DNA of 64,000 bases from the human T2T-CHM13v2.0 reference genome, Homo sapiens, in assembly GCF_009914755.1 (NCBI RefSeq), contig NC_060933.1. One strand, 5' to 3'. Of the stretch, positions 63,515-64,000 are shown piece after piece. Under the pieces are notes generated by a model. It did no database searches. It was not told the origin of the DNA and was given only the letters and a program-made list of their open reading frames with translations. The translations under genes were made by a program, and so were the position numbers. Numbering within the stretch: position 1 is the first letter of the stretch; each line of letters opens with the position of its first letter.

Positions 63515-64000
63515 AGTTGAATTTTTTTTTTTTTTAAATTTTTTTTTTTCCTCCAGGACTTGTGTGTTTTGTTCTGCGCACACACCGCCAACTGTTCCCC
63601 CACAGTCAGCAGCAGGTTGGGCCTGACCATTGGGACTTGATTGTCAAGTCACTGGAGGTCTTGACTTTTTTATCTCAGTTCATGTTCTCTTCCATAATTG
63701 GAAAGGACCTTTGTCTGTTTTTCCTCTTGGGTGCCTTCCAGAACGCATCTCATGTCCCTGGTGAGGGAATTGGTGAGGGCCTGCTGTGAGCTGCTGTGGC
63801 TGCGATGGTCACCCAGCTGGGCAAATCACTGGAGTGACAATTTGACCTGTCACCTGAGAAGGATGGTCCCTCAGACTGCTGGGTAGAGGGCCTGGGGCAG
63901 GCTGGAGAGAGAAAGTGGGCAGAGGGTGAAGGGATCACAGGGGTCTTGGAAGGTGGCAGTAGTTTGGACGGGGGTGGGGAGTATGTGGGAGAAAAAAACA

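Overview
Human (primate) genomic DNA that I recognise as the 9q34.11 locus. It holds the 3' end of TTC16 (+), the complete TOR2A gene (-), the complete SH2D3C/NSP3/CHAT/SHEP1 gene (-, three alternative coding first exons) and the complete CDK9 coding region (+, 42 kDa and 55 kDa starts, with MIR3960/MIR2861 inside the CpG-island first exon). I rebuilt the exon chains by hand from GT/AG sites and they close in frame: TOR2A 321 aa, preprosalusin 242 aa, SH2D3C 860/703/702 aa, CDK9 372/489 aa. Introns are very Alu-rich, with MIR, L2, L1, an ERV1 solo LTR and a MADE1 fragment. The most striking system is already described: TOR2A exon 5 is read in two frames, giving either a torsin AAA+ ATPase or the salusin peptide hormones. 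I found no convincing wholly new gene system. The best candidates for undescribed biology are a salusin-beta-like N-terminus in the TOR2A intron-3 read-through isoform, a dense homeodomain-motif island, a split RE1/REST site, a repeated CCAAT/GC-box module inside SH2D3C, an in-frame alternative TTC16 donor beside a weak donor, a G-rich 50-bp VNTR, and a sequence shared between CDK9 intron 6 and its 3' UTR. Most ORFs in the supplied track are Alu-derived or GC-rich shadow ORFs.
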